64,000 bases of DNA from Eledone cirrhosa (lineage: Eukaryota), in assembly GCA_964016885.1 (NCBI GenBank), contig OZ024765.1, positions 6,634,001 to 6,698,000 of the forward strand, in the 5' to 3' direction. Position 1 is the first letter of the stretch. Each line of letters starts with the position of its first letter. Below the pieces are notes generated by a model. That model did no database searches. It was not told where the DNA came from and worked only from the letters and a program-made list of their open reading frames with translations. This document shows, one piece after another, positions 54,172 to 64,000 of this stretch. A program made the translations under genes and the position numbers.

Positions 54172-55090
54172 CAACTTTGGTAGACATTACTGTCAGCAAC
54201 TGCTGTCTCACCCCCTCCACATGTTATTGTGTATCTGGCACCACCTACACCAAGGCAACTTTGGTAGACATTACTGTCAGCAACTGCTGTCTCACCCCCT
54301 CCACATGTTATTGTGTATCTGGCACCACCTATACCAAGGTAACTTTGGTACACATTACTGTCAGCAACTCCTGTCTCGCCCCCTCCACATGTTATTGTGT
54401 ATCTGGCACCACCTATACCAAGGCTACTTTGGTAGACATTACTGTCAGCAACTCCTGTCTCACCCCCTCCACATGTTATTGTGTATCTGGCACCACCTAC
54501 ACCAAGGCAACTTTGGTACACATTACTGTCAGCAACTCCTGTCTCACCCCCTCCACATGTTATTGTGTATCTGGCACCACCTATACCAAGGCTACTTTGG
54601 TAGACATTACTGTCAGCAACTCCTGTCTCACCCCCTCCACATGTTATTGTGTATCTGGCACCACCTACACCAAGGCAACTTTGGTACACATTACTGTCAG
54701 CAACTCCTGTCACACCTCCTCCACATGTTATTGTGTATCTGGCACCACCTATACCAAGGCTACTTTGGTAGACATTACTGTCAGCAACTCCTGTCTCACC
54801 CCCTCCACATGTTATTGTGTATCTGGCACCACCTACACCAAGGCAACTTTGGTACACATTACTGTCAGCAACTCCTGTCTCACGCCCTCCACATGTTATT
54901 GTGTATCTGGCACCACCTATACCAAGGCTACTTTGGTAGACATTACTGTCAGCAACTCCTGTCTCACCCCCTCCACATGTTATTGAGTATCTGGCACCAC
55001 CTATACCAAGGCAACTTTGGTACACATTACTGTCAGCAACTCCTGTCTCACGCCCTCCACATGTTATTGTGTATCTGGCACCACCTATAC
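54172..55090. repeat. 84-nt minisatellite, ~11 copies
   Basis: ctttggtagacattactgtcagcaactcc..ccaccta units. Confidence 0.92.
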
Positions 55091-55565
55091 GCCAATTTAT
55101 ATAAATTTTGCAGTTGCTAATCGCTGTTTTCATATCAAAGGGGAGCATAACAATTATTTAGGTGGGGCATGGTTCTCAAAACGTTGGGAGCGACTGGTCT
55201 AGAGCAAAGCACGTCTACCACCACTATATATGTAATATGTAACTTGTGTATAAATGTATATAACTGAGTGTGTGTATATATATATAGCGAACGTAAAATG
55301 ATGATGATGATGATATATATATATATATATATATAGTAATACTGATAAATTTTAAGACTAAAATCCAAAGAGGGCTCGATAAGGATAAACATATATCAAA
55401 TATATAAGAACCCTAGAGCAAATATTTATTAAAATAACATTAAAGTTTAAGCAAAGAGTCGCTGCTCTCAATATATATGTAAAAGGTAGACAGAAATAAC
55501 AACACAATCGGTACAGTATATGGAAGGGATATATTAGGTTAACGCTTGATATAGCAGGAAGAGGG

Positions 55566-55601
55566 TCTTAACGTTTCGGATGTTAGTCCTTCATCAGAAG
55601 A
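55566..55601 (-). ncRNA. Minimal PLE-type hammerhead motif
   Basis: Minus strand: tctt-CTGATGA-aggactaacatcc-GAAA-cgtt-aaga; palindromic AACGTT stem III. Confidence 0.7.
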
Positions 55602-56388
55602 AAGAATGAGAAATAAGATAGATTGAGGGGACAGGCGGGTTGGAATTGGAAAAAAAAGCATCCAGCCGTTGAAAACCTGCCAGATAGTCCTATACAAGCG
55701 AGACACGGTCACCCGACCAATGTTGCCTCAAGTGGGACAATTCCCATCCAACCCATGCTAGCGTGGAAGATAGACGTTAAACAATGATGATGATGATATA
55801 TTCAAAGTTAAGGATGTCATGATTAATATCAAATCAAACAAATGTCTTGTCTCTTAAAAACAGCTCATAGAAAAAATTCAGAGAATAAAATCGAGCATTC
55901 AATCATTATAAAAAAATGAATGATATTTATCTATACCGTGTAGGCAACACGGTAAAAACCTCCCAGCCCCACACTGTAAATGTGGTTGGTGTTAGGAAGG
56001 GCATCCAACTGTAGAAAACCCGCCAGACAGTCCTATGCGAGCAAGACAACCACTCTTGCCTCAAGTGGGAAAACCCCCGTCCAAACCTATGCAAGCGTGG
56101 AACACGGACGCTAAACCTGATGATGATGATGATGATGATGATATCTACACACACATAAGTGTGTATTAAGATACATCAAACTTAAACTAGAGACAACCTG
56201 CACAGAATATAAGATTACATAATATGTTGAGTATCATATTAAAATTTAACAAAAAATTAAAACATAGATACCTGATAAAGATCAATATATCTCCCTCATA
56301 TGTATTCACTACAAAATCAGAATTATGTAATCTTACATTCTGTGCAGATTGTCTCTAATTTAAGTTTGATGTATCTTAATTATGTGTA

Positions 56389-56427
<39 letters not shown>

Positions 56428-56562
56428 GTAGAAGTTATATTTAATTTGTTGGAATTGAAACAAATATAAATGTTTATAACTGATATAGAGCACTCAACAA
56501 GTTACTGGAGTAAATATTCCAAGATATTAATAAATGGAAACTATATTTATAAAACCATATTT

Positions 56563-56625
56563 ATTTTATTATATATATTTCAAGGACGACCAAGCCAATC
56601 TTGGTGCGCTTTCATCAGATAAAAT
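56563..56625 (-). ncRNA. Minimal hammerhead motif (left arm)
   Basis: Minus strand: attttat-CTGATGA-aagcgcaccaag..cttggtcgtcctt-GAAA-tatata-TA-ataaaat. Confidence 0.68.
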
Positions 56626-56793
56626 ACAAAATTTGTTTTATAAATAATAATGACATACCCATGGGAATCAGACCGTAACGGTCAGAAAATTCGCTGGATA
56701 GTGAATTTTCCAGCGAACTATCCAGTGAATTTTCTGACCGTTGCGGTCTGATTCCCATGGGTATGTCATTATTATTTATAAAACAAATTTTGT

Positions 56794-56846
56794 ATTTTAT
56801 CTGATGAAAGCGCACCAAGATAGGCTTGAAATATATATAATAAAAT
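56794..56846 (+). ncRNA. Minimal hammerhead motif (right arm), 77 nt upstream of XPO4 exon 21
   Basis: attttat-CTGATGA-aagc(loop)gctt-GAAA-tatata-TA-ataaaat. Confidence 0.72.
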
Positions 56847-56922
56847 AAATATGGTTTTATAAATATAGTTTCCATTTATTAATATCTTGGTATATATATA
56901 TTTATGTATTTTCTCTCTCCAG

Positions 56923-57026
56923 AGCCAGAAACCTCCTCACCACCCCCATCACAGATATCAGCCGCAGAAGTTGTCCTCTTTGGGTTAAACATAATCATTC
57001 CACTTATGAATTCTGAGCTGCTTAAG
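56923..57026 (+). CDS. XPO4: XPO4 exon 21 (PETSSPPPSQISAAEVVLFGLNIIIPLMNSELLK)
   Basis: ctccag / AAG|GTTGGT; SAA.VVL.G.N.I.PLM...LLK. Confidence 0.93.
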
Positions 57027-57183
57027 GTTGGTCTACCTCTCTTCCTCCTCTCTCTCTATCATCAACAACACTTACAATGTTAACACTTATAACACTTACA
57101 ATGATGACACTGATGACAACACTTACAGTTTCTCAATCTATGTAGCCAGTAAGTACTTCTCTAACCCCATTGACCTAGCATGG

Positions 57184-58184
57184 CCTCAGCTGACTTCTGA
57201 CCTCTCTCTCTTCCAGTTCCCCAATCTATGCAGCCAGTACTTGACATGACCTGACATGACCTCAGCTAACCTCTGACCTCTCTCTCTATTGCAGTTTCCC
57301 AATCTATGCAGCCAGTACTTGACATGACCTGACATGACCTCAGCTAACCTCTGACCTCTCTCTCTATTGCAGTTCCCCAATCTATGCAGCCAGTACTTGA
57401 CATGACCTCAGCTAACCTCTGACCTCTCTCTCTATTGCAGTTCCCCAATCTATGCAGCCAGTACTTGACATGACCTGACATGACCACAGCTAACCTCTGA
57501 CCTCTCTCTCTATTGCAGTTCCCCAATCTATGCAGCCAGTACTTGACATGACCTGACATGACCTCAGCTAACCTCTGACCTCTCTCTCTATTGCAGTTTC
57601 CCAATCTATGCAGCCAGTACTTGACATGACCTGACCTCAGCTAACCTCTGACCTCTCTCTCTTCCAGTTCCCCAATCTATGCAGCCAGTACTTGACATGA
57701 CCTCAGCTAACCTCTGACCTCTCTCTCTATTGCAGTTCCCCAATCTATGCAGCCAGTACTTGACATGACCTGACATGACCTCAGCTAACCTCTGACCTCT
57801 CTCTCTATTGCAGTTTCCCAATCTATGCAGCCAGTACTTGACATGACCTGACATGACCTCAGCTAACCTCTGACCTCTCTCTCTATTGCAGTTCCCCAAT
57901 CTATGCAGCCAGTACTTGACATGACCTCAGCTAACCTCTGACCTCTCTCTCTATTGCAGTTCCCCAATCTATGCAGCCAGTACTTGACATGACCTCAGCT
58001 AACCTCTGACCTCTCTCTCTATTGCAGTTTCCCAATCTATGCAGCCAGTACTTGACATGACCTCAGCTAACCTCTGACCTCTCTCTCTATTGCAGTTTCC
58101 CAATCTATGCAGCCAGTACTTGACATGACCTCAGCTAACCTCTGACCTCTCTCTATTGCAGTTCCCCAATCTATGCAGCCAGTA
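57184..58184 (+). repeat. Acceptor-site-containing tandem repeat (14 units of ~66-78 nt)
   Basis: cagctaacctctgacctctctctctattgcAG|ttccccaatctatgcagccagta. Confidence 0.93.
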
Positions 58185-58292
58185 TTTCAAGTTAATCACC
58201 TTCCTAGCAGAATGTCATCCCCAGAAGTTCTGCCTTCTTCCAGCAGATTTGTTTAAAGCTTTCATGGATTCTGTACAGGTCGGACTTAACAC
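58162..58292 (+). CDS. XPO4: XPO4 exon 22 (FPNLCSQYFKLITFLAECHPQK..QVGLNT)
   Basis: Last unit of the acceptor array; FP.LC.QY.KLITF..E..P.K; ends at U12 donor GTATCCTTT. Confidence 0.93.
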
Positions 58293-58860
58293 GTATCCTT
58301 TACACAGTAGTGTGTAGTAGTGCTGTGGTCTCGTGGTGGTGTGTACTAGTGTTATGTGGTGTACAGGTGAGACTTAACCCTTTAGCATTTAAACTGGCCA
58401 TGTCTGGCCAGAATTCTCTTACCTCTTTCTGTTCAAACCAGCAACTCATACTAATGTTAAGGTATTGTTCTCAAAATAAATAACATCAAAATCTCAGATT
58501 CGATATGTGTGTGAGATAAAGCCTTTAATGTGAAAATACAATTGTAAATATAGAGTAATGTAAATGATATTGGGTTAACACATCCTTTACAGAACATTGT
58601 GTAGTGTGATAATGTGGTGGTGTAGTGTATAGGTGGGACTTAACACGTATCCTTTACAAAGCAGTGTGTGGTGTAATATTGTATGGTGGTGTGGTGTGAT
58701 ACTGCAGTGTGGTATGGTGGTTTAATTGGTGTGGTATGGTGGTTTAATTGGTGTGGTGTGGTGTGGTATGGTATGTTGGTGGAGAAGAAGAAACAATCGC
58801 TCCCGAATATTGCTGTTATTCCCCCGTTCTTTCTTCTTCGTCCTTAACCCTAAACCCCAG
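58293..58860 (+). other. U12-type GT-AG intron (XPO4 intron 22)
   Basis: 5'ss GTATCCTTT; branch TCCTTAAC 58841-58848, AG 58859-58860. Confidence 0.93.
58378..58574. mobile_element. TTAA-flanked piggyBac-type MITE
   Basis: TTAA|CCCTTTAGCATT...GGG|TTAA; other copies 16836-17068, 27284-27478, 35117-35350, 40722-41261, 41861-42438, 47383-47882, 49019-49939. Confidence 0.75.
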
Positions 58861-58978
58861 ATACGGCCCAGATATTACCAAATTGTGCCTTGAAATTATA
58901 GCAGCTCTTGCATCACATGTATGTAACAATGAATTAAATGGATCTCCTTTATATTTAGCCATGGAACTCTTCCTAAAG
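58861..58978 (+). CDS. XPO4: XPO4 exon 23 (YGPDITKLCLEIIAALASH..SPLYLAMELFLK)
   Basis: U12 branch TCCTTAAC then cccag; AAG|GTAAGC. Confidence 0.93.
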
Positions 58979-60398
58979 GTAAGCCACTTTCCTATCATAT
59001 AATTAGGATGTAATGTTTAGACATCTTTATATCAATCATAGGTGGGGAATGGCAGAGTCGTTAGAATGTTGGATAGAAGGCATTATGGCATTCGTTCCGG
59101 ATCTCTGCAATATGAGTTCAAATCCCGCCGAGGTCGACAAAAAATGTTGATTCATCCTCCATATCTCTTTCTCATTTCCTCTCTCTCTCACTTTCTATCT
59201 TTCTCTGGAAGAAATCTGCTATACTCAGACCTGGAGAGGGATGGTAAGTAAAGTGTTAAAGATAATTGTTTCTACTTTAGGCACAAGGCCAGCAATTATC
59301 CCAGTGCATTACTGGTACTTTATTTTATCGACCCCGTAAGGATGAAAGGCAAAGTTAACCTCGGTGGGATTTGAACTCAGATCATAAAGGGACGTAACTA
59401 TGCTGGAAAGCATGGCGTCCGACCCTCTACCGATACTGCCAATCCGCCAAAGATAATATGATGATTTTAGTGTTATTATTTAACTGGAGAAGGGCGGTGG
59501 ATTGGCAGTATTAGTAGTCCGTCGGACACACTTATTTGTGGCATAGTTACCACTCTTTACGTTCTGAGTTAAATCATGCCCAAGAAACACCGTATATCAA
59601 TATGGCGCCTCTTCCACACTATCAGGAGTTAGGGGACCATACATATCAACCATAGGCGGTGAATTTACAGTCGTTTGAACATTGAATAGAATGCTTTATG
59701 GCATTCGTTCCTTGCTCTCTGCTCTCAAATCCCACCGAGGTCAATAAAAAAAGGTACCAGTCTAGTACTGGGGTTGATTCTTCTTCTATATCTCTTTTTC
59801 ATTTCCTCTCTCTCACTTTCTATCTTTCTCTGGAAGAAACCTGCTGTACTCAGGCCTGGAGAGGGGTGGGCTCCACAAGGCTTAAAATGCCCAAGAAATG
59901 CTGTATGTCAATACAGCTCCCCTACGACTTTATCAGGAGTTATGGGGCCATACATACATATATATGTATATATTTAGAGAGAAATGAACACATTGATTGT
60001 TTTTGTTTTGAACTGTTTCCATTTCACATTTGAAAAGAGGGCAATAGCCCTGAAATATCATGTGGAAATATACTGGGTAAACATTACTTTGTATGTGTGT
60101 GTGTGTTTGCACATTTATATTTATATACTCATACATATAAATGTATGCACATGCACATACACACACACACATATATACACGTCAGCATATTGATAAAAAT
60201 TCTAGTATTTAAAAATATTCTTACATAAAATTATGATGGAAGGTTTTTAGATAAATATAAACACTGAAACAGTTTTTGTATCCTAGAACCGGGGGTGGTT
60301 TTAAGCAGTTTAGAATCAAAAGGAATAAGTAGTTTTGAACCTCTAAAAGATGGCCATAGAAGTGTATCCAATTCAAAATGTCTTCCATCTCCTTTCAG

Positions 60399-60491
60399 GT
60401 TGTGTTCCGACTTCTGTTACTGGAAAGTTTTGACATGGATCTTCTAGAAACAGCTAGTACTACACTGTTCTGCCTTATTTGCTGCCATCAG
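60399..60491 (+). CDS. XPO4: XPO4 exon 24 (VVFRLLLLESFDMDLLETASTTLFCLICCHQ)
   Basis: tttcag / CAG|GTAAGT. Confidence 0.94.
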
Positions 60492-60558
60492 GTAAGTTTC
60501 TGGATTGATATAGGTGGCCCCTATGGTGTATGTGTAGCATGTAGGGTTGTCTGTGGTG

Positions 60559-60767
60559 TACGAGGGGGCTTCAAAAAGGACAGTTTAAGTTAAGAAAAAC
60601 CAGTTTAAGTTATGATGTTTATTTTTCAACATATGCTCTATCTAGATCAATACACTTCTGCAAGCGTTGATACCAGCCTTTACATTCATCTGTGTAAAAC
60701 TGAGGGCCATGTGATTTAAAGCATGTCAAAGCAGCTTTTTTTACATCTTCAACTGGGTAAAACTTTC
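60559..60767 (-). mobile_element. Mariner transposase C-terminal relic with TIR
   Basis: Minus: DVKKAALTCFKSHGPQFY....YQRLQKCIDLDRAYVEK*; terminus tacgagggggcttcaaaa. Confidence 0.7.
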
Positions 60768-61039
60768 AGTTCAAACCATGTGTAACTGTCCACTCATACT
60801 GATGTTAAGGTATTGTTCTCAAAATAAATAATATCAAAATCTCATAGATTCGATATTATGTGAGGTATTACCACAAAAATACAATAGTATATATAGAGTA
60901 ATGTAAATGCTAAAGGGTTAATGTCAATATGAGTAGCTGGTTTAAATGTCAAAGGGTTGAACACCCAAGAAACTTTCTGTGAGATGAAACCAACTAAACC
61001 TGCAAAAATGTCAGCTATAAATTTCATATAATTTCACAT

Positions 61040-61260
61040 TATGCAGAGGAAAGGAAGATAAACAAAAACTGGGGGTTGTCCAGCCTCTTCCTCTTCACAC
61101 CGGTCACCATCGAGCTCCTCCGCAAGCTCGGAACATTGGCAGCCCATCTGAGGAAGGAGCCTCGTGAGGTGGGGTGGATGCCGCTGAACATAGTCCACGG
61201 GAATGCTTTTGCAGTCTTGTCTGCGAGGAACGCCCCCGTTACCGCTGTCCCTAGGCCCAT
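61040..61260 (+). mobile_element. CRE-like RLE retrotransposon 3' fragment in XPO4 intron 24
   Basis: FLFTPVTIELL..LG....KEPREVGW..IVHGNAFAVLS resembles the CRE C-terminus. Confidence 0.65.
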
Positions 61261-61372
61261 AACCCAATCACCCTCTCCATTCTTCCATGACACCAGAGCC
61301 TTTGGGTTTCCCTTCCTTTTCAATTTTTTTATATTTTCTTATTTTACATTCCATTCTTTCGTGTAATTTCAG

Positions 61373-61570
61373 GAGAAATACCGTCAGCTAGTGAGTGAAT
61401 TGCTGTATAGCCAAGAGGTACCAGCCTACAAGGAACGGCTACTGACCGCCTTCAACCAGCTCACACCGGCCACTCTCAAGTTGACCGTCAACAGACAGAA
61501 CAAGATTGCCTTCTTACAGAACTTTGAACAGTTTCTCATCAATGTGAGAGGCATCCTCTGTGTAAAGTGA
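61373..61570 (+). CDS. XPO4: XPO4 exon 25, terminal ([30 protein letters not shown])
   Basis: tttcag acceptor; C-terminal LCVK* as in vertebrate XPO4. Confidence 0.95.
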   Translation, partial: EKYRQLVSELLYSQEVPAYKERLLTAFNQLTPATLKLTVNRQNKIAFLQNFEQFLINVRGILCVK

Positions 61571-63379
61571 TGGTGATGATGATGGTGATGGATGTGGTGG
61601 TAGTAGTGTTGGTGATGATGGTAGAAAATCAATATGTGTATATATATATATAATATATATATGCATATATATATATAATATATATATATATAAATATGTA
61701 TACACCATCATTAAAGATATATGTATGTGTGTGTATATATATATATACATATGCATATATATACATACATACATATGTATACACCATCATTAATGATATA
61801 TATATATATATGTGTATACATCATTGATGATGGTATGTGTATGCATATATATATATGTGTATACATGTATGTATACATGTATGTATATATATATATACAC
61901 GCACACCAAACAACGACGATGCAGAACAATATATGACAGACAATAAAATGTCTGTGTGTCTATCCCTGTGTGGTTTTCCCCACTTCTATCTCAACTGGAA
62001 GAAGCGAGTGGAAAATGTTGATGGTGATGGTTAGGGCAGAGGTTGTGCTGGTGGAGGTGATGGTTAGGGCAGAGGTTGTGGAGGTGATGGTTAAGGTAGC
62101 GGTGGTGGAGGTGATGGTTACGGTAGCGGTGGTGGAGGTGATGGTTAAGGTAGCGGTTGTGGAGGTGATGGTTAAGGTAGCGGTTGTGGAGGTGATGGTT
62201 AAGGTAGCGGTTGTGAAGGTTATAGTTAGGGTCATTGTTAGTGGTTGTGGTTAAGGTAGAGGTTGTGGTGGTCGTGGTGATACCAATCTTGAAGTAAAGG
62301 GGTGTGGTTTAGTGGTTAGGGTCTCAGTTCATGATCAGGAAGTCATGTGTGTCCTTAAACAAGGTACTTTGCATTGCTCCAGTCCATTTAGCTAATACAT
62401 ATGAGTACCAGCTACAGAATCTGGGTGGAAAGGAAGTTAACCTTGTGAGGGAGTGTTGTTTTCTCCAGAGAGCCATCTACTCTCAGCTGCTTAACACGGC
62501 TAAGATTCAGCCTGATGTGCCCCTTACACTCAAGATAGGCTTAAACCCTTTTGTTACTGTATTTCTCATAAAATACATTGCCTATGATTTCCAAATAAGT
62601 TTGAAAATATGAGAATTTTATTAAAATAAATAATATTTCTCATTATTAATCTGGTGTTTGGAACATAACTTAACAAAGAATCTTACATAAAATTATAATG
62701 GAATTTTTTTTTTTTTAGATAAATATCAATACTTTAATTCTTTCATTATCATATGTCTAATGAAATATGGTAATGTTTTAGTAATATAACAGGTTTTAGT
62801 TATTAAACTGGTGTTAGGAACATAACTTAAAGTTTTTTTTACATAAAATTATGATAGAAGGTTTATTATCATAATTTTATGTAAGAAACTTTGTATAAAT
62901 GCCACCATATTACTTTGACAGTCGGCTTCCTGATGATTTCTCCCAAATGAAGCAGTTCTAGTCCTGTAGAAGCCATTTCTATATTATGTATTAAATATTT
63001 ATACTCTGCTATGTATTGAGTACCTTACTTACTGTGGTTACCTGGGATAAACTTTATATATATATATATAAAGGATACCCCTGATTGAACCTGGGATAAA
63101 CTTTATATATATATTATATAAATTAAGATAAACAGCTTTGAAGGTTTCTAAATGAATATATAGTTTAATATTTGTAGAACTGTGGACCATTTCAAAGGAC
63201 TTGGTCTCAAAAGGGTTAATGTGTTTTCTTCTGGATCACTGTAACTACCATAGGGGGAGAGAAAGAAATAAAGGATTAAAGGAAATTTTGCTAGCATTTT
63301 GTTGGAAGTGTATGGATCTTTCTAGAAAGGGATAATGGTTGGGGGGGAGGTGTGAAAAATAACACAAACACCAATACAA

Positions 63380-63710
63380 GCGACCGAAATGGCGTTCCTC
63401 TGTTGGATCTTTGGTGTAACGCTACTCAGTAGCGTGCAGAGCTTGGAAGTTAGAGAGTCACTCCCGATTAATCTGCTGCTTCTCCGATTTGAAAGATTAC
63501 AGCTCCGATACTACAGACGTGGTCAGAATGTCCCAAGAAAGAATGAATGGGCAGATTTTACGAGTAAAAGCAACCAGAGGAGGAGTAGATGCCACCACCC
63601 TGAGCAAGATGGTTGGATAACATCCATGAGCTTGGTTGGTCTGGTCTGGTCTGGTCTGGTCGCACTTGTGAATCTAGCTGGATTAATTGGAGACGGTTGC
63701 TTGTGTTAAG
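63380..63710 (+). mobile_element. Degenerate RTE LINE fragment; related relic 19460-19650 (-)
   Basis: EMAFL..I.G.TL...V.S.EVRE.L....LLL..ERLQLR. Confidence 0.65.
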
Positions 63711-64000
63711 ACCCATGGGAGGGGGGAATGCTTGACAGTTATGCTGCCACGACCCTCCCAAGAATAATTGTGTGAAGCAGAAAAAGAACACTCATCGTTA
63801 AACTGCCCTTGCTCGTGCTGTGCAGATTCACAGGGGTTTTCTTGCATATATCTATCTAGATAGGTGCTATTTCTGTGTCCACAGAGGGGAGGGCCAGCCT
63901 GCTACTACTACTATGGATGTTCGGGTAGCAAGTGGGTGTGTGTATATATTTACACAGACTGACTGGTGCTCTCATCTGTGTGTGTGTGTGTGTATGTATG

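Larger units (their letters stand above)
56430..56892. mobile_element. Fold-back Penelope-like element in (TA)n; related copies 4020-4295 and 30620-30760
   Basis: Inverted arms 56519-56700 / 56717-56890 with hammerheads. Confidence 0.65.
23649..61570 (+). other. XPO4: Exportin-4 gene, 25 coding exons, 1146 aa predicted
   Basis: Exon chain is colinear with vertebrate exportin-4 from N-terminus (ELENATQIVL/APP..) to C-terminus (..NVRGILCVK*). Exon lengths sum to 3441 nt with consistent phases. Confidence 0.96.

Noticed and set aside
54069-55148. 359-aa repetitive ORF (and 269/299-aa overlapping ORFs)
   Set aside because: An 84-nt minisatellite (multiple of 3) in XPO4 intron 20 is open in several frames by periodicity; no family motif
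57217-58120. Array of mutually exclusive exons
   Set aside because: Copies contain only ~23 nt of exon followed by an in-frame stop, with no strong donor
61942-61947. AATAAA as the XPO4 poly(A) signal
   Set aside because: Plausible but unsupported in an AT-rich region without transcript data

Overview
This is eukaryotic (animal) genomic DNA, very rich in microsatellites and transposable elements. The SINE content resembles coleoid cephalopods/octopods (inference). The + strand carries a complete 25-exon Exportin-4 (XPO4) gene that I reconstructed by hand: ATG 23649 to TGA 61570, 3441 nt CDS, 1146 aa, all splice phases consistent. It has two U12-type (minor spliceosome) introns and a probable GC-AG intron. 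The - strand carries the first coding exon of a ceramide synthase (2683-2882), head-to-head with XPO4. The rest is tRNA-derived SINEs, RTE/CR1/CRE LINE relics, TTAA-flanked and mariner/hAT-type MITEs, and minisatellites. Two things stand out. (1) At least 10 minimal hammerhead-ribozyme motifs sit in several families of short fold-back (Penelope-like) elements inserted in (TA)n tracts, many inside XPO4 introns. (2) Several tandem repeats are built from XPO4's own splice junctions: 13 decoy 3' splice sites before exon 22, 9 decoy donors after exon 20, and duplicated U12 donors. Almost all long ORFs in the supplied track are low-complexity artefacts.
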